IMG/VR virus record: IMGVR_UViG_3300032236_001850
Span: 370,510-434,509 of that record
Length of the DNA: 64,000 nucleotides
Reading direction: 5' to 3' (one strand)
Shown here piece by piece: positions 19,221-29,539 of the stretch. The stretch's first letter is position 1. Each line of letters opens with the position of its first letter. Position numbers and translations under genes: made by a program. Below the pieces are notes generated by a model, which was given only the letters and a program-made list of their open reading frames with translations, was not told the origin of the DNA and made no database searches.

Positions 19221-20174
19221 ATGGATAGAAAATTAGGTTACTGCTGCATCAACATGACTCTTTCTGAGAGCAAAGAAAAGATCACTACAAACAGAGGAAT
19301 GGTTAAGAAAACATTCACCGAAAAGGGATTGGACTATGTTTCTGATCTTGCTTTGCAAAACGTTAAGGATCTTAGAAAAATACTAGAGTGGAATCATGCT
19401 AATGGTATAGGAATGTATAGAATGTCGAGTGATATGTTCCCATGGTGTTCTGAGTATGAAATATCTGATCTTAAGGACTATTCCGAGATATGCGGAATAC
19501 TTAAAGGCTGCGGAGATTTTGTTAAATCCGTTGAACAGAGAATAACCTTCCATCCCTCACCTTATGGGGTTCTTGCTTCTGAAAGACCCGATGTTGTAGT
19601 GAAAGCAATAAAGGAATTATCACAGCATGGTGAGATAATGGATATGATGGGATTGGATAGATCTGTTTATTACCCGATCAATATTCATGTTAATACAACA
19701 AAGCCAGATAAAGAAACAGCAGCAAACAGATTTTGTGAGAATTTTGAATTGTTACCAGATTCTGTTAAGACAAGGTTGGTTGTAGAGGTAGATGACAAGA
19801 AATCACAATATACCTCTCTTGATTTGCATAGAATGATTTATTCTAAAATTGGAATACCAGTTACTTTCGACTATTTGCATAACGAATGCAATCCACCAGA
19901 GAATATTTGCGAAGAGGCATCGCTTAGAGTTTGTTTATCCACGTGGCCAGAGAACATACCAGCAATTACCCATTACTCGGATTCTAAGAGAATGTTTGAG
20001 GATTCGACAGCTAAAGAGGTTGCTCATTCTGATTGGGTTTGGAGAGGACCCGAAACTTATGACCTTTTATTCGATATAGAATTCGAAATAAAAATGAAAG
20101 AGAAAGCTCTATTGAAATATATGGAGGAAAAAAATAATAAATTATATGAGCGAGAATGTAATACAGGAATTTGA
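19221..20174 (+). CDS. uvsE: UV damage endonuclease
   Basis: LGYCCIN, YRMSSDMFP, FHP, NIH, FDYLH, HYS, AHSD. Confidence 0.9.
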   Translation: MDRKLGYCCINMTLSESKEKITTNRGMVKKTFTEKGLDYVSDLALQNVKDLRKILEWNHANGIGMYRMSSDMFPWCSEYEISDLKDYSEICGILKGCGDFVKSVEQRITFHPSPYGVLASERPDVVVKAIKELSQHGEIMDMMGLDRSVYYPINIHVNTTKPDKETAANRFCENFELLPDSVKTRLVVEVDDKKSQYTSLDLHRMIYSKIGIPVTFDYLHNECNPPENICEEASLRVCLSTWPENIPAITHYSDSKRMFEDSTAKEVAHSDWVWRGPETYDLLFDIEFEIKMKEKALLKYMEEKNNKLYERECNTGI

Positions 20175-20379
20175 GGATTCGTTATCCAATAATATCCAGA
20201 ATCCCGACATAAAATATAGTTTGGATAGAGTTATAGAGGGAGAAGTTAAGTATGGATATTTAACTGAGAAATTCGGAAAGGAAAGGGTTGATGCTCTTGT
20301 TTCCGATTTTCTATTTTTATCTGATTTTGACTTTTTCCTTAAAATAAAAGAAAAATTAGAAAATAATGGGAATGATTAG
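20146..20379 (+). CDS. Hypothetical protein
   Basis: Overlapping ORF in operon. Confidence 0.5.
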   Translation: MSENVIQEFEDSLSNNIQNPDIKYSLDRVIEGEVKYGYLTEKFGKERVDALVSDFLFLSDFDFFLKIKEKLENNGND

Positions 20380-20722
20380 CTTTAATGGTGGATTTGGTGG
20401 ATTTCCAACTCATCCCCAATATGGTATATTAAAAAAACATATTGAAAGATCCATCCAGGATATATTTTTAAACTCATTAAGAGATCGTATGGATGATCTC
20501 GTTTATGTTTTCGATAACACTGAACAGATAGATTCCTTTATAGGAAGGATGCTTAAATATTGGGAGGGAACAGAAAATTATGAAACGTGCATGGAAATAA
20601 AAAATCTTTCCGAACCACTTAAAACTAAATGGAAGGGTAAGGGAGTTCTTGAACCTGGAGAAGCCTCCATAAAAATAAAGGATATTTTTAAATCCACACA
20701 GAATAATGAAGGACCACTATAA
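20366..20722 (+). CDS. Small protein with UVR-like ExxExYExC motif
   Basis: [14 protein letters not shown]. Confidence 0.5.
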   Translation: MGMISFNGGFGGFPTHPQYGILKKHIERSIQDIFLNSLRDRMDDLVYVFDNTEQIDSFIGRMLKYWEGTENYETCMEIKNLSEPLKTKWKGKGVLEPGEASIKIKDIFKSTQNNEGPL

Positions 20723-21749
20723 AACATTAGGATTATCTAAAAATGCAACGGCTGACGAAATAAAGAAAGCTTACAGAAAATTAGCAGTTAAATACCATCC
20801 TGATAAAACTGGTAATGATCCTGTTTTGGAGGGTAAATTCAAGGAGATTAACGAAGCATATGAAATTCTATCTGACCCCAAGAAAAGAGAAAATTACGAT
20901 ACTCCAAATTCTTTCGGAGGAAGTTTTAACTGGGGTGGTAGCAATCAGGGTAATCCTTTCCAGAATGCGGATTTTGGAAATTTCTGGGGTGCTGGTAGAG
21001 GTTCTGCAAATCCATTCGGTAATCAAAGGATTAGAAAGGGAAACAATATAAACGTATATGTCACTGTTTCGTTGGAAGAGATGATGTCTGGAACTAACAA
21101 AAAAGTTAGAGTGAATCGTGCGACACAATGTTTGGATTGTAGTGGTACTGGTGCAGAATTTGGACACACTAATGATTGTGACGAATGTCATGGTTCTGGT
21201 AAGAAGACGAGAACAGTAAATCATGCTTTTGGTGTGATGGAGTCCGTTGAGGATTGTAGAAAATGTACAGGAAGCGGAAAGGTATCTGAGCATAAATGTT
21301 CCTTTTGTAGCGGGAGTGGTACAATAAGAAAAGACGAGGAGATGGAAATAAATATACCTAAGGGATCCATATCTGGGGTTTCATATATGGTTATGAGTAA
21401 GGGTGATTGGTTAAAATCCCCATGTAATCCCGGAGATCTTATAGTTAATATTAATGAATTTTTACATCCAGTTTATACGAGGGATGGAAATAATCTTATC
21501 CATGATGCACAGATCTCTTTCAAGGACGCCTGTCTTGGTACCGAGATAGAAATTAGCAATTTAAAGGGCTCAGCATATAGAATCAAAATACCCGCGGGTA
21601 CTTCGTCCGGCAAAATCTTCAGATTACCAGGAAAGGGTATACCTGAATTTAATGGTTTTGGTAGTGGTGATATACTAGTTAAAGCACATATAAAAATACC
21701 TACCGATTTAAACGAAGAGCAAATAAATGCTCTTGAATACTTTTCATAA
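20706..21749 (+). CDS. dnaJ: DnaJ chaperone
   Basis: J domain with HPD, G/F region, four CxxCxGxG repeats. Confidence 0.95.
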   Translation: MKDHYKTLGLSKNATADEIKKAYRKLAVKYHPDKTGNDPVLEGKFKEINEAYEILSDPKKRENYDTPNSFGGSFNWGGSNQGNPFQNADFGNFWGAGRGSANPFGNQRIRKGNNINVYVTVSLEEMMSGTNKKVRVNRATQCLDCSGTGAEFGHTNDCDECHGSGKKTRTVNHAFGVMESVEDCRKCTGSGKVSEHKCSFCSGSGTIRKDEEMEINIPKGSISGVSYMVMSKGDWLKSPCNPGDLIVNINEFLHPVYTRDGNNLIHDAQISFKDACLGTEIEISNLKGSAYRIKIPAGTSSGKIFRLPGKGIPEFNGFGSGDILVKAHIKIPTDLNEEQINALEYFS

Positions 21750-22090
21750 TGAATATACTTTTTATACTTTTCGTTGGTTGGTGTATAACATCAACCACAG
21801 TGAATGCTGATGTATTAGATCCAATAAGAAATTATCTATTAGTTAAATCACCAAAATTATCTAAGCTTATGACATGCGTTAGATGTCTTGGTTTTTGGGT
21901 TGGTGCTCTTCTTTTTGGTGTTATAAATTATCTTGGTAATCTTGATTCTTTTTTTGGCTTACCCATTTATTTTAATTATTTCATTTTTCCTTTTGTTCAA
22001 AGTTCAAGCGGAGTTATTATGGAATCTGTCCTTGTATTTTTACATAGCAGAAACACTGTTGTTATTAATAACAATGACAATCCCAAATAA
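21749..22090 (+). CDS. DUF1360-like membrane protein
   Basis: LMTCVRCLGFWVG, hydrophobic segments. Confidence 0.55.
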   Translation: MNILFILFVGWCITSTTVNADVLDPIRNYLLVKSPKLSKLMTCVRCLGFWVGALLFGVINYLGNLDSFFGLPIYFNYFIFPFVQSSSGVIMESVLVFLHSRNTVVINNNDNPK

Positions 22091-22146
22091 TTTCAAAAAG
22101 TTAAGAAACAATATCAAAAATGAACATAAAATAATAAAATCTTTAT

Positions 22147-23550
22147 ATGAACAATCATTTAAACATCACGGATCAAATAAACACTCAGTATAGATCCTAT
22201 GCTCTTTATGTTTTGCAAAGTAGAGGTATACCAAATTTTTATGATTCATTAACCCCAGTTCAGAGATTAATACTTGAGAATTCACCAAGCAGATTTAGTA
22301 AAACTGTTGGTCTTGTTGGTGAAGTAATTAAAACCGGATTATATCATCATGGTGATTCATCCCTGGCCGGAGCTATTTCTAAATTGGCTAGACCTTTTGG
22401 TTGTTCCTATGGAATATTGGAGGGTGATGGTTTTTTCGGTTCACCTGTAAATCCAAGTCCGTCCGCACCGAGATATACTGCTGTTAAGATAAATCAAAAA
22501 ATCAGAGATATTATAACCAAGAATTCTGATCTAAACGAAAAGAATGAGGAAGGTGGACATGATTGGGTGCACGTTGAGGTTCCTATCGGTTTATTAACAC
22601 ATATTGTTGGTATAGCAGTTGGATATAGAAGTAATATACTTCCTAGAAAATTCGAGGACATAGTTGAATACCTACAAGGCTCTACAAAGCTTTTAAAGCC
22701 CCATTTTAAGGACTTTAGCGGAAAGATAAGCAAATATATGAATGAGGAGAATTCGTGGCTGCTAGAGAGCGGTTTTGAGGTTGATTCACATAGAAAGATA
22801 ATAAGAATATTTGATCTTCCGCCAGTTATGAGATATGACAGTTTCATTAACAAACTGGAATTAAAATTGGAGAAATCTGGATATGATTACAGAATAGAAA
22901 ATAAGTCTCAAAGTAAGTGTGAATTGGCAGTCCAAATAAAGGGTAACGTTACATCGGAAACATTCACAGCTATAGCTGATCATATTTCCAAGCTTACTAA
23001 AATTATAGTTAAGGAGGATGTTATATTTGTTAGGGATGGTAATGTAATGGAATTTGGTTCGGTTAAGGAGTATCTAGATCACTTTAAACAACATCTGGAG
23101 TTAGTTAAGCTTAAAAGGATAATTAGAGATAATGAGGATAATATTAGAGAACTTAAATTTCTAGAAGCTAAGCTTCTTTTTCTTAATTTTATGATTGAAA
23201 AGAAAAGAAAAAATGATGAGATAATTAAATTTCTATCAGATTTTGAATCTTGGATATCCTCTAGACTACAAAGAATAGAAATAGTAAAGTTATCTCCTGA
23301 ATACATTAAGGAAACTAAAGAAGCTATAGACTCTATAAAAAAGGAGATTGAAAAAATTAAAAAATCAATATCAGCACAAGAAAAGATCTATAAGAAGGTA
23401 TCTGCCGATGTGGAAAAACTAGGTAACGGAGCTTCTAAAAAAATACAAAATAGTTTATTTGAAACATATCATGATGATGGAATAGAGGTATTCCAAGTTA
23501 ATGAGGAGGAATTTGAAGAAACAACAGAGGAAGAAAACGAAGAATTTTAA
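22147..23550 (+). CDS. Type II topoisomerase breakage-reunion subunit (T4 gp52-like)
   Basis: RGIPNFYDSLTPVQR, YHHGDSS, SAPRY (catalytic Tyr). Confidence 0.9.
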   Translation: MNNHLNITDQINTQYRSYALYVLQSRGIPNFYDSLTPVQRLILENSPSRFSKTVGLVGEVIKTGLYHHGDSSLAGAISKLARPFGCSYGILEGDGFFGSPVNPSPSAPRYTAVKINQKIRDIITKNSDLNEKNEEGGHDWVHVEVPIGLLTHIVGIAVGYRSNILPRKFEDIVEYLQGSTKLLKPHFKDFSGKISKYMNEENSWLLESGFEVDSHRKIIRIFDLPPVMRYDSFINKLELKLEKSGYDYRIENKSQSKCELAVQIKGNVTSETFTAIADHISKLTKIIVKEDVIFVRDGNVMEFGSVKEYLDHFKQHLELVKLKRIIRDNEDNIRELKFLEAKLLFLNFMIEKKRKNDEIIKFLSDFESWISSRLQRIEIVKLSPEYIKETKEAIDSIKKEIEKIKKSISAQEKIYKKVSADVEKLGNGASKKIQNSLFETYHDDGIEVFQVNEEEFEETTEEENEEF

Positions 23551-23571
23551 TAATTAAATATTTTAATAAAA

Positions 23572-24339
23572 ATGAGGTTAAGAATAACAAGTATACCTAA
23601 TTTGATTGTCTTTTTGAAAAGACTAAAAGCAGTAGAAAAAAGTGTTATATTGGAAATAAACAAAGATAATATTTTCAGTAAAGTTCACACACCAGATAAG
23701 GCAACAATGAAATATTCGAGTCTTGATATGGACAAAGTTTTTGAAACAAATTTCGATTGGACTTCAATTAAGCATGATCGTGTTAAAATTGGACTTAATG
23801 ATGTTACCAGATTAATGGAAGCATTTAAACACTTCAGACCTGAAGAGGAAGTTAATTTGGAACTCGACATTGCAACAGTTGACGATTCTAGTGTTTCCAC
23901 TGAATTAAGACTTGTTTCTCCATCGTTGACTATTAGATTAAGATGTTCTGATCTTACTATGCTTTCCTATGTTGAGGATAAGATATTATCAATGGTTCAT
24001 TCTAAGGATGATTGTCTTGTTAATTTCAAAATGTATCAATCAGATTTCACGACAATCAGTTCACTTTGTGGAATGGACAGCGATAGCCAGGAGATACTTT
24101 GTTTTGAAATTGATGATAAAACGGTTCATGCAATAGGTAACTCGTTCAATTATAAATTGAATATAGGCTCTAGTGAAATTATATTAGATGATAGCGACAA
24201 AGAAACTGCTAACATTTACAAAAGTCAGCTTGGGTATATGGAATCTGAATTTTGTGATGTTTTTGTGCATGATAATAGATTAGTTTTATTTTCGGAACAA
24301 TCTGCAACTTCCATAGCAATAGGTTTAGTTGAGAAATAA
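23572..24339 (+). CDS. Probable sliding clamp (gp45/PCNA-like)
   Basis: 255 aa alpha/beta pattern, next to polymerase; position-based inference. Confidence 0.5.
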   Translation: MRLRITSIPNLIVFLKRLKAVEKSVILEINKDNIFSKVHTPDKATMKYSSLDMDKVFETNFDWTSIKHDRVKIGLNDVTRLMEAFKHFRPEEEVNLELDIATVDDSSVSTELRLVSPSLTIRLRCSDLTMLSYVEDKILSMVHSKDDCLVNFKMYQSDFTTISSLCGMDSDSQEILCFEIDDKTVHAIGNSFNYKLNIGSSEIILDDSDKETANIYKSQLGYMESEFCDVFVHDNRLVLFSEQSATSIAIGLVEK

Positions 24340-24352
24340 TAATTGATAGAAA

Positions 24353-25498
24353 ATGACTCCAGAAGAAATTAAAGAGATTGAAGAAAAAATAGAGAGGCTC
24401 ACCGCTCTTAAAAATGAGTATAAGAACGAGGAGCAAGCAGTAAAGTTAACAATGAACTCCATCTATGGAGCGATTGGTAACAACTATTTCGTTTGCTTCA
24501 ATCCTGATGTTGCCGAGGCGGTAACCCTCCAGGGTCAGGATCTTATCAAATACTCTGAAAAAATATTACATAAGTATTTCCATGAACATTGGCATCTTGA
24601 CACGGAGCTGCACGAAAAACTTGGATTGACTCAGGTTAAAAGAGTTACAAATCCATTAGTCGTTTATGGAGATACTGATTCTAATTATGTTACATTTCAG
24701 GAGGTGGTGGATTCCTGTGATTATCAGGGGGATGCTAAGGATCTAATTATTAAGATAAATCAATATAGACTTAATGATTATCTTAAAAAATGTTTTGATA
24801 TCTACTCCAAAAAATGGAACACCGAGAACTATCAGGATTTTGAGCTTGAAACACTTGCTATAAATGCTATATTTCTCGGTAAGAAAAAATATGTTGCAAA
24901 TCTTGTTTATGATTCGGGATTGCACATGGAACCTCTTTCAACATTAAAAACCACTGGTGTTGAGATGATTAAGGGAGGTACACCGCCTTTCGTTAGAGAG
25001 AAACTTATCTACTTAACCAAATTGATCTTTAGTAAAGGTAGATCTTTCGATATACGTGAGTTTGTGAAGGAACTTAAATCAATTAAGAAGGAGTTCAAGT
25101 TACAGGAACCTCAGAATATATCGGCTTCCATAAATGTGAATAGCTATGATAAGATACTGAACGATACAACAGGATTTGAAGTTGCTAAGGCTTGTCCTAT
25201 ACATGTTAGAGCATCAGGTTATCACAACTATCTTTTGAACAATTCACCATACAAGACCAAGTACTCGCTCATCCGTGCGGGAGATAAAGTTAATTTATAT
25301 TTTGTAAAAACTAAAAATATAAATGATAGTAACATATTTGCATATCCACAGGGAACATTTCCGTACGAATTTGCTCCGCCTTTGGATTACGATGAACAAT
25401 TCACAAAAACCATTCTTGATCCCATAAACAGATTCATCGAGGTGATGGGATACAACCAAATAAGTCCCAATCTATTTATGGTTAACGCTCTTTTTTAA
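24353..25498 (+). CDS. Family-B DNA polymerase, C-terminal half (motifs B, C, thumb)
   Basis: KLTMNSIYG, YGDTDS, KKKY, CPIHVR. Confidence 0.9.
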   Translation: MTPEEIKEIEEKIERLTALKNEYKNEEQAVKLTMNSIYGAIGNNYFVCFNPDVAEAVTLQGQDLIKYSEKILHKYFHEHWHLDTELHEKLGLTQVKRVTNPLVVYGDTDSNYVTFQEVVDSCDYQGDAKDLIIKINQYRLNDYLKKCFDIYSKKWNTENYQDFELETLAINAIFLGKKKYVANLVYDSGLHMEPLSTLKTTGVEMIKGGTPPFVREKLIYLTKLIFSKGRSFDIREFVKELKSIKKEFKLQEPQNISASINVNSYDKILNDTTGFEVAKACPIHVRASGYHNYLLNNSPYKTKYSLIRAGDKVNLYFVKTKNINDSNIFAYPQGTFPYEFAPPLDYDEQFTKTILDPINRFIEVMGYNQISPNLFMVNALF

Positions 25499-25499
25499 T

Positions 25500-25769
25500 A
25501 TGGATAATTTTTTTGAAAATCTGGATAAAGATGATTTTGGAGATTATGTTGTTTTGCTTATAGAAGAAGCAAACTATATAATACACAATAGAGTTGAATA
25601 TCTTAAGGATAAGAGAATGTCAGAGGATGAAAAAATCGATAGGCTTAAGGAGCTTATGGATTTTTTCATTCTTGAGGATCATATGATAATTTATGATGAT
25701 CTTTGGTCCATCATGAATATGATACTTCTCAAAAAATATATCCAGTGTAGCGCATCTGATCTTATATAA
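25500..25769 (+). CDS. Hypothetical protein
   Basis: ORF in operon. Confidence 0.5.
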   Translation: MDNFFENLDKDDFGDYVVLLIEEANYIIHNRVEYLKDKRMSEDEKIDRLKELMDFFILEDHMIIYDDLWSIMNMILLKKYIQCSASDLI

Positions 25770-25811
25770 TTGTATTGTCTTTAGGATATATACATGATAA
25801 AATAATCAAGG

Positions 25812-27287
25812 ATGATGATATCAAAAAATGTACTGGACTTTTCCTCTTTTCTAAACGAAGCAAAATCCAATGCTGTTCAGGTAATTATGCTAATAGGAGG
25901 TGGAACCAATGAGTTCTCAAGATCCTTTGAAGCAGAGTGTAAGAAGAAAAAAATAAAGGTAACTGTATTTGACGTTGATCTTGCCGAAGTTACCAGAAAT
26001 AAAACCGGTGGTGGACACACAGTAACGGAAGGCAAAAAAATTGCTTCCATAGATCCATCAAATACTGTTGTTATTGCTAGATCTGGGTGTCTTAAGAGCA
26101 CACATAATAAGGAGCTTCTTATGGAGCTTGAAAATTCTAAATATTATGTTGTGAATAGATTAAGACCGATGGAAATATGTGAAAATAAATACATCACATC
26201 AGAGTTTCTTGAAAATTTAGATTTACCCGTTCCTAGATATTCTCTTATAGCATCTGAAGATCATATAGATGCAGCAGTTAAAAAAATCGGTGGTAAATTT
26301 CCAGTTGTTATGAAACTTCTTACTGGATCTCAAGGTATTGGTGTTTCCATTATTGATTCTCCAAATTCACTTAAATCTGTTTATCAAACAATTAAAAAAC
26401 TTGACGAGAAGAGTGAGGTATTAATACAGGAAAAAATAGAATCCAAATACGATCTAAGGATACATGTTATTATTAGAGACACAAGTATTAAAAATATAAA
26501 TAACACTGATAACTTCAAGGTTATTGGTGCTATGAGAAGAAATGCAGTTGGTAAGGATTTCAGAACAAATTATTCCCTTGGTGGAACGGTATCTAATGTT
26601 AAACTTAGTAAGGAAGTAATTGAAACAGCAATTAAAGCTGCTAGTGCAGTTGGATGTAATTGGTGTGGTGTTGATATAATGATCGACGAGAAAACTAAAA
26701 AACCTTACATATTGGAAGTTAATTCATCTCCTGGTACTGAGGGCATATCTAAAGCATTAGGTAAACCTATTGTGGATGATGTTATAAAATTTGTAATGAA
26801 CAGAGAAAATTGGGTTATACCTTCATCAGAAGTTGGTTACTTAGAGGTTATGGAAATAGAGGGTCTAGGTAAGGTGATAGCTAAATTTGATACTGGTAAT
26901 GGTACTCTTTGTTGTTGTTTACATGGTGATAAATTGGAGGTTAAAGGTAAAACCTTACATTTCCAAATAGGTCATAAAAAATTCACAAAAAAAATAACTG
27001 GATATACTGATGTTTCTGGTGGTATGCACACTAAAGGAACAAAGAAAATGCCAACGGTTAAGATGGATTTAAAATTTGATGGTGCATGGACAAAAGATGT
27101 TGATGTTGCAATAGTAGATAGAACAGATAAGAGCACACCATTTTTAGTTAATAGAAAAACTATGAGACAAATGAATGTTATAGTAAATCCAAACACAAAA
27201 TTCATAGTTACTGAAAATTTTGACGATAGATATAGTCAATATACATCAAAAGGAAAACCTCATGCAGGTATTGAATTTGAAAAATAA
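25812..27287 (+). CDS. rimK: RimK-family ATP-grasp ligase fused to a retropepsin-like (RimB / 'ATP-dependent Zn protease') domain
   Basis: GSQGIGV, DFRTNYSLGG, GVD, EVNSSPG; AKFDTG..LVNR protease motif; leader VLDFSSFLNEA; GATATATA at 25785. Confidence 0.8.
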   Translation: MMISKNVLDFSSFLNEAKSNAVQVIMLIGGGTNEFSRSFEAECKKKKIKVTVFDVDLAEVTRNKTGGGHTVTEGKKIASIDPSNTVVIARSGCLKSTHNKELLMELENSKYYVVNRLRPMEICENKYITSEFLENLDLPVPRYSLIASEDHIDAAVKKIGGKFPVVMKLLTGSQGIGVSIIDSPNSLKSVYQTIKKLDEKSEVLIQEKIESKYDLRIHVIIRDTSIKNINNTDNFKVIGAMRRNAVGKDFRTNYSLGGTVSNVKLSKEVIETAIKAASAVGCNWCGVDIMIDEKTKKPYILEVNSSPGTEGISKALGKPIVDDVIKFVMNRENWVIPSSEVGYLEVMEIEGLGKVIAKFDTGNGTLCCCLHGDKLEVKGKTLHFQIGHKKFTKKITGYTDVSGGMHTKGTKKMPTVKMDLKFDGAWTKDVDVAIVDRTDKSTPFLVNRKTMRQMNVIVNPNTKFIVTENFDDRYSQYTSKGKPHAGIEFEK

Positions 27288-27302
27288 AAATAAATAAATA
27301 GA

Positions 27303-27530
27303 ATGGAAAACTTAAGAGAATTCGGAAAAATTAACTCTAGATTAAGCGAGTCCGAAGAAAAAGCAGAAAAAGACGAAAAGATCCAAGTTTTGCTTTCTGG
27401 TGAAGATTTAAGTGATCTAACAAGAAAGATAGCGAAAAAAGCTTTATCTAAAGGTGAAGCTCCTGTATCTGTATCTCACTATGTTAGATCACTAATTAGA
27501 AGAGATCTTGGTAAAACTACTAAAGACTAA
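27303..27530 (+). CDS. Ribbon-helix-helix-like DNA-binding protein
   Basis: IQVLLS..DL..SVSHYVRSLIRRDL. Confidence 0.5.
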   Translation: MENLREFGKINSRLSESEEKAEKDEKIQVLLSGEDLSDLTRKIAKKALSKGEAPVSVSHYVRSLIRRDLGKTTKD

Positions 27531-28006
27531 TTCTTACCGAAAAAATCAGTGTATGATAAAACCCTACGGTCATTAGATTGTGGGGTTTCTTCTTGATTAC
27601 CAGTTTCCATCTCTGCATCATCAGGTTCAGATAAATCATCTTCATCCTCCTCGTCGTAATCTGCATCGTCGTCATCCTCATACTCCTCATCTGGATTTTC
27701 TACCTCCTCGTCATCCTCGTACTCTTCGTCTGGATTTTCTACCTCTTCATCATCATCGTAGTCTGAGTTGTCTTCATCTTCCTCATACTCTGAGTCGTCA
27801 TAGTCCTCATCCTCCTCGTCGTATTCATCATCATAATCCTCATCTTCTGATTCGTCGTCATATGTTTCATAATCATCGTTACCGTAGTCTGAGTCATCGG
27901 TATCATAAGTTTCATACTCCTCTCCATATTCACCTGATTGTGAATCGTCACCAGATAGATATGAATCGTCATTAATAAACTCGTCTTCTTCTTTTAAATG
28001 TTTCAT
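27527..28006 (-). CDS. Extremely acidic (Asp/Glu/Tyr) protein
   Basis: D/E-dominated; EEVENPDEEYEDD twice; ends VLSYTDFF. Confidence 0.7.
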   Translation of the reverse strand: MKHLKEEDEFINDDSYLSGDDSQSGEYGEEYETYDTDDSDYGNDDYETYDDESEDEDYDDEYDEEDEDYDDSEYEEDEDNSDYDDDEEVENPDEEYEDDEEVENPDEEYEDDDDADYDEEDEDDLSEPDDAEMETGNQEETPQSNDRRVLSYTDFFGKN

Positions 28007-28028
28007 AGTTTTAATATTTATAAATTAG

Positions 28029-28040
28029 AATATATATATC
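28029..28040. promoter_or_regulatory. Possibly bidirectional (TA)n late promoter
   Basis: GATATATA on minus strand (28033-28040) between two divergent CTS-motif genes. Confidence 0.5.
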
Positions 28041-28064
28041 TACTTTAAATTAAACTGTGTTATT

Positions 28065-28376
28065 ATGTCCGCTATACTGGAATTTTCCGAATTTAATGAT
28101 TCTAATCTAACAGATTCTGAAATGAGAACGATTAAGGAATGGGTTAAGAAATATGAAAAATATTTTAATTTTCACGATGGTGAAAATTTTGATTCCTCTA
28201 TAGATCAGTTAGCATCAGATGTTATGTCACAGACTGGCATAGATCAATCAAAAACTAATGATGTTGTTTCTTATCTTGAGGAGCTATATTCACTGTCGGA
28301 CGGATTATCTGTTGTTATGGCACCGGATAGACAATTTCAAGATACCGATATAGACCAATTAACAAGATTTTGGTAA
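28065..28376 (+). CDS. Hypothetical protein with CTS-like N-terminus
   Basis: MSAILEFSEFND. Confidence 0.6.
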   Translation: MSAILEFSEFNDSNLTDSEMRTIKEWVKKYEKYFNFHDGENFDSSIDQLASDVMSQTGIDQSKTNDVVSYLEELYSLSDGLSVVMAPDRQFQDTDIDQLTRFW

Positions 28377-28393
28377 AAATATCAGGTAAATAA

Positions 28394-28426
28394 TTTTTTT
28401 AATTCGTGATCTTTCCATATATTTGC
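28394..28426 (+). promoter_or_regulatory. Bacteroidota-type promoter
   Basis: TTTTTTTAATTCG-N11-TATATTTGC. Confidence 0.7.
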
Positions 28427-28443
28427 GTCATAATTAAAGAAGA

Positions 28444-29361
28444 ATGAAACCAGTTAAAGCAATATATGTGGATTGGCATATGCCAAAAAAGGATGCTGGG
28501 AAGAATATACCAGAAAAAAGACCATGGGAGATTGCCATGATTATAAGATCCGTTTATTTTGCTAAAAAATATAATGATCTTTCACCGGTTCTTTATTGTG
28601 ATCCTGATACATATTCATATTATGACGAGATTGGATTACTTAAACATTTCGACGAGGTTAAACCCATATTACCAACAAATCTTAATTTTGATGCCTCTGT
28701 ATTCTGGGCTGCTGGAAAATTTTATGCAATTCTTGATTGTAATGAGCCCTTTATATTAATAGATCTTGATGCTGAGGTTAGATTCAAAATAGATTTTGGT
28801 GATTGTGATATTTACTGTACACATCTGGAAAAAGTAATTAAGGATGATTTAAAATTCTATCCTGATGCTGAATATCTGGATCGGGATAACTATATAGCAA
28901 ATAAATTTGGTATAACCTGGAGCAATCATGCTTGTAACACATGTTTACTTGCTTTTAACGATCTTGATTTTGCCAAGGAGTATGCAACTATGGCTTTGGA
29001 TTTTATCGATCATATTTATGAACTTAATCCAGCATTTAGCAATGTTTCGTACATTGTTTTAATAGAGCAAAGATTCCTTTATGATTTGGCAATGAGTAGA
29101 GGAAAAAAGATAAATTGTCTCATTAGTGGAAACTATTTACCAACGAATCATACCGTTGGACTTCCTTCCTTTGAAGATTCAGATGTTGATGAAATTGCGG
29201 ATAAGGGATTTTTCCATGTTTGGGGTTTTAAAAACGACATAAAAAGAAGTAAGGATGTCGAGGATTCCTTTCTTGGTGATCTTGTAACTGGTGTTGATGA
29301 CATACATAATGATCTTATTTACTCAATTTCCATGAACCATAAATTATATATAGATAAATAA
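28444..29361 (+). CDS. GT-A-fold protein (DUF6734-like)
   Basis: FWAAGK, IDLD (DxD), EQRFL, HVWG. Confidence 0.6.
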   Translation: MKPVKAIYVDWHMPKKDAGKNIPEKRPWEIAMIIRSVYFAKKYNDLSPVLYCDPDTYSYYDEIGLLKHFDEVKPILPTNLNFDASVFWAAGKFYAILDCNEPFILIDLDAEVRFKIDFGDCDIYCTHLEKVIKDDLKFYPDAEYLDRDNYIANKFGITWSNHACNTCLLAFNDLDFAKEYATMALDFIDHIYELNPAFSNVSYIVLIEQRFLYDLAMSRGKKINCLISGNYLPTNHTVGLPSFEDSDVDEIADKGFFHVWGFKNDIKRSKDVEDSFLGDLVTGVDDIHNDLIYSISMNHKLYIDK

Positions 29362-29539
29362 TGAATTGGTTTTGGAAGATCAAGATAACGATTTGATGAA
29401 CGAAGCTAAGAAATTGGCTGATGAACTCGGTATTACACTAACAGAGGTAATGTTAACACCAAGATTATTAAATCTTATAAGTAAAATCATTCAGGAAAAA
29501 CGAAACAAATCATAGGATTGTTTCTTTAATATATTAAAC

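Noticed and set aside
9960-24420. Split intein or trans-spliced intron joining the polymerase halves
   Set aside because: No Cys/Ser-start or His-Asn-end intein motifs, and no intron-like sequence in the 13-nt gap before the C-half.
27580-27975. His/Pro-rich and Met/Thr-rich ORFs
   Set aside because: Shadow frames of the acidic low-complexity gene.
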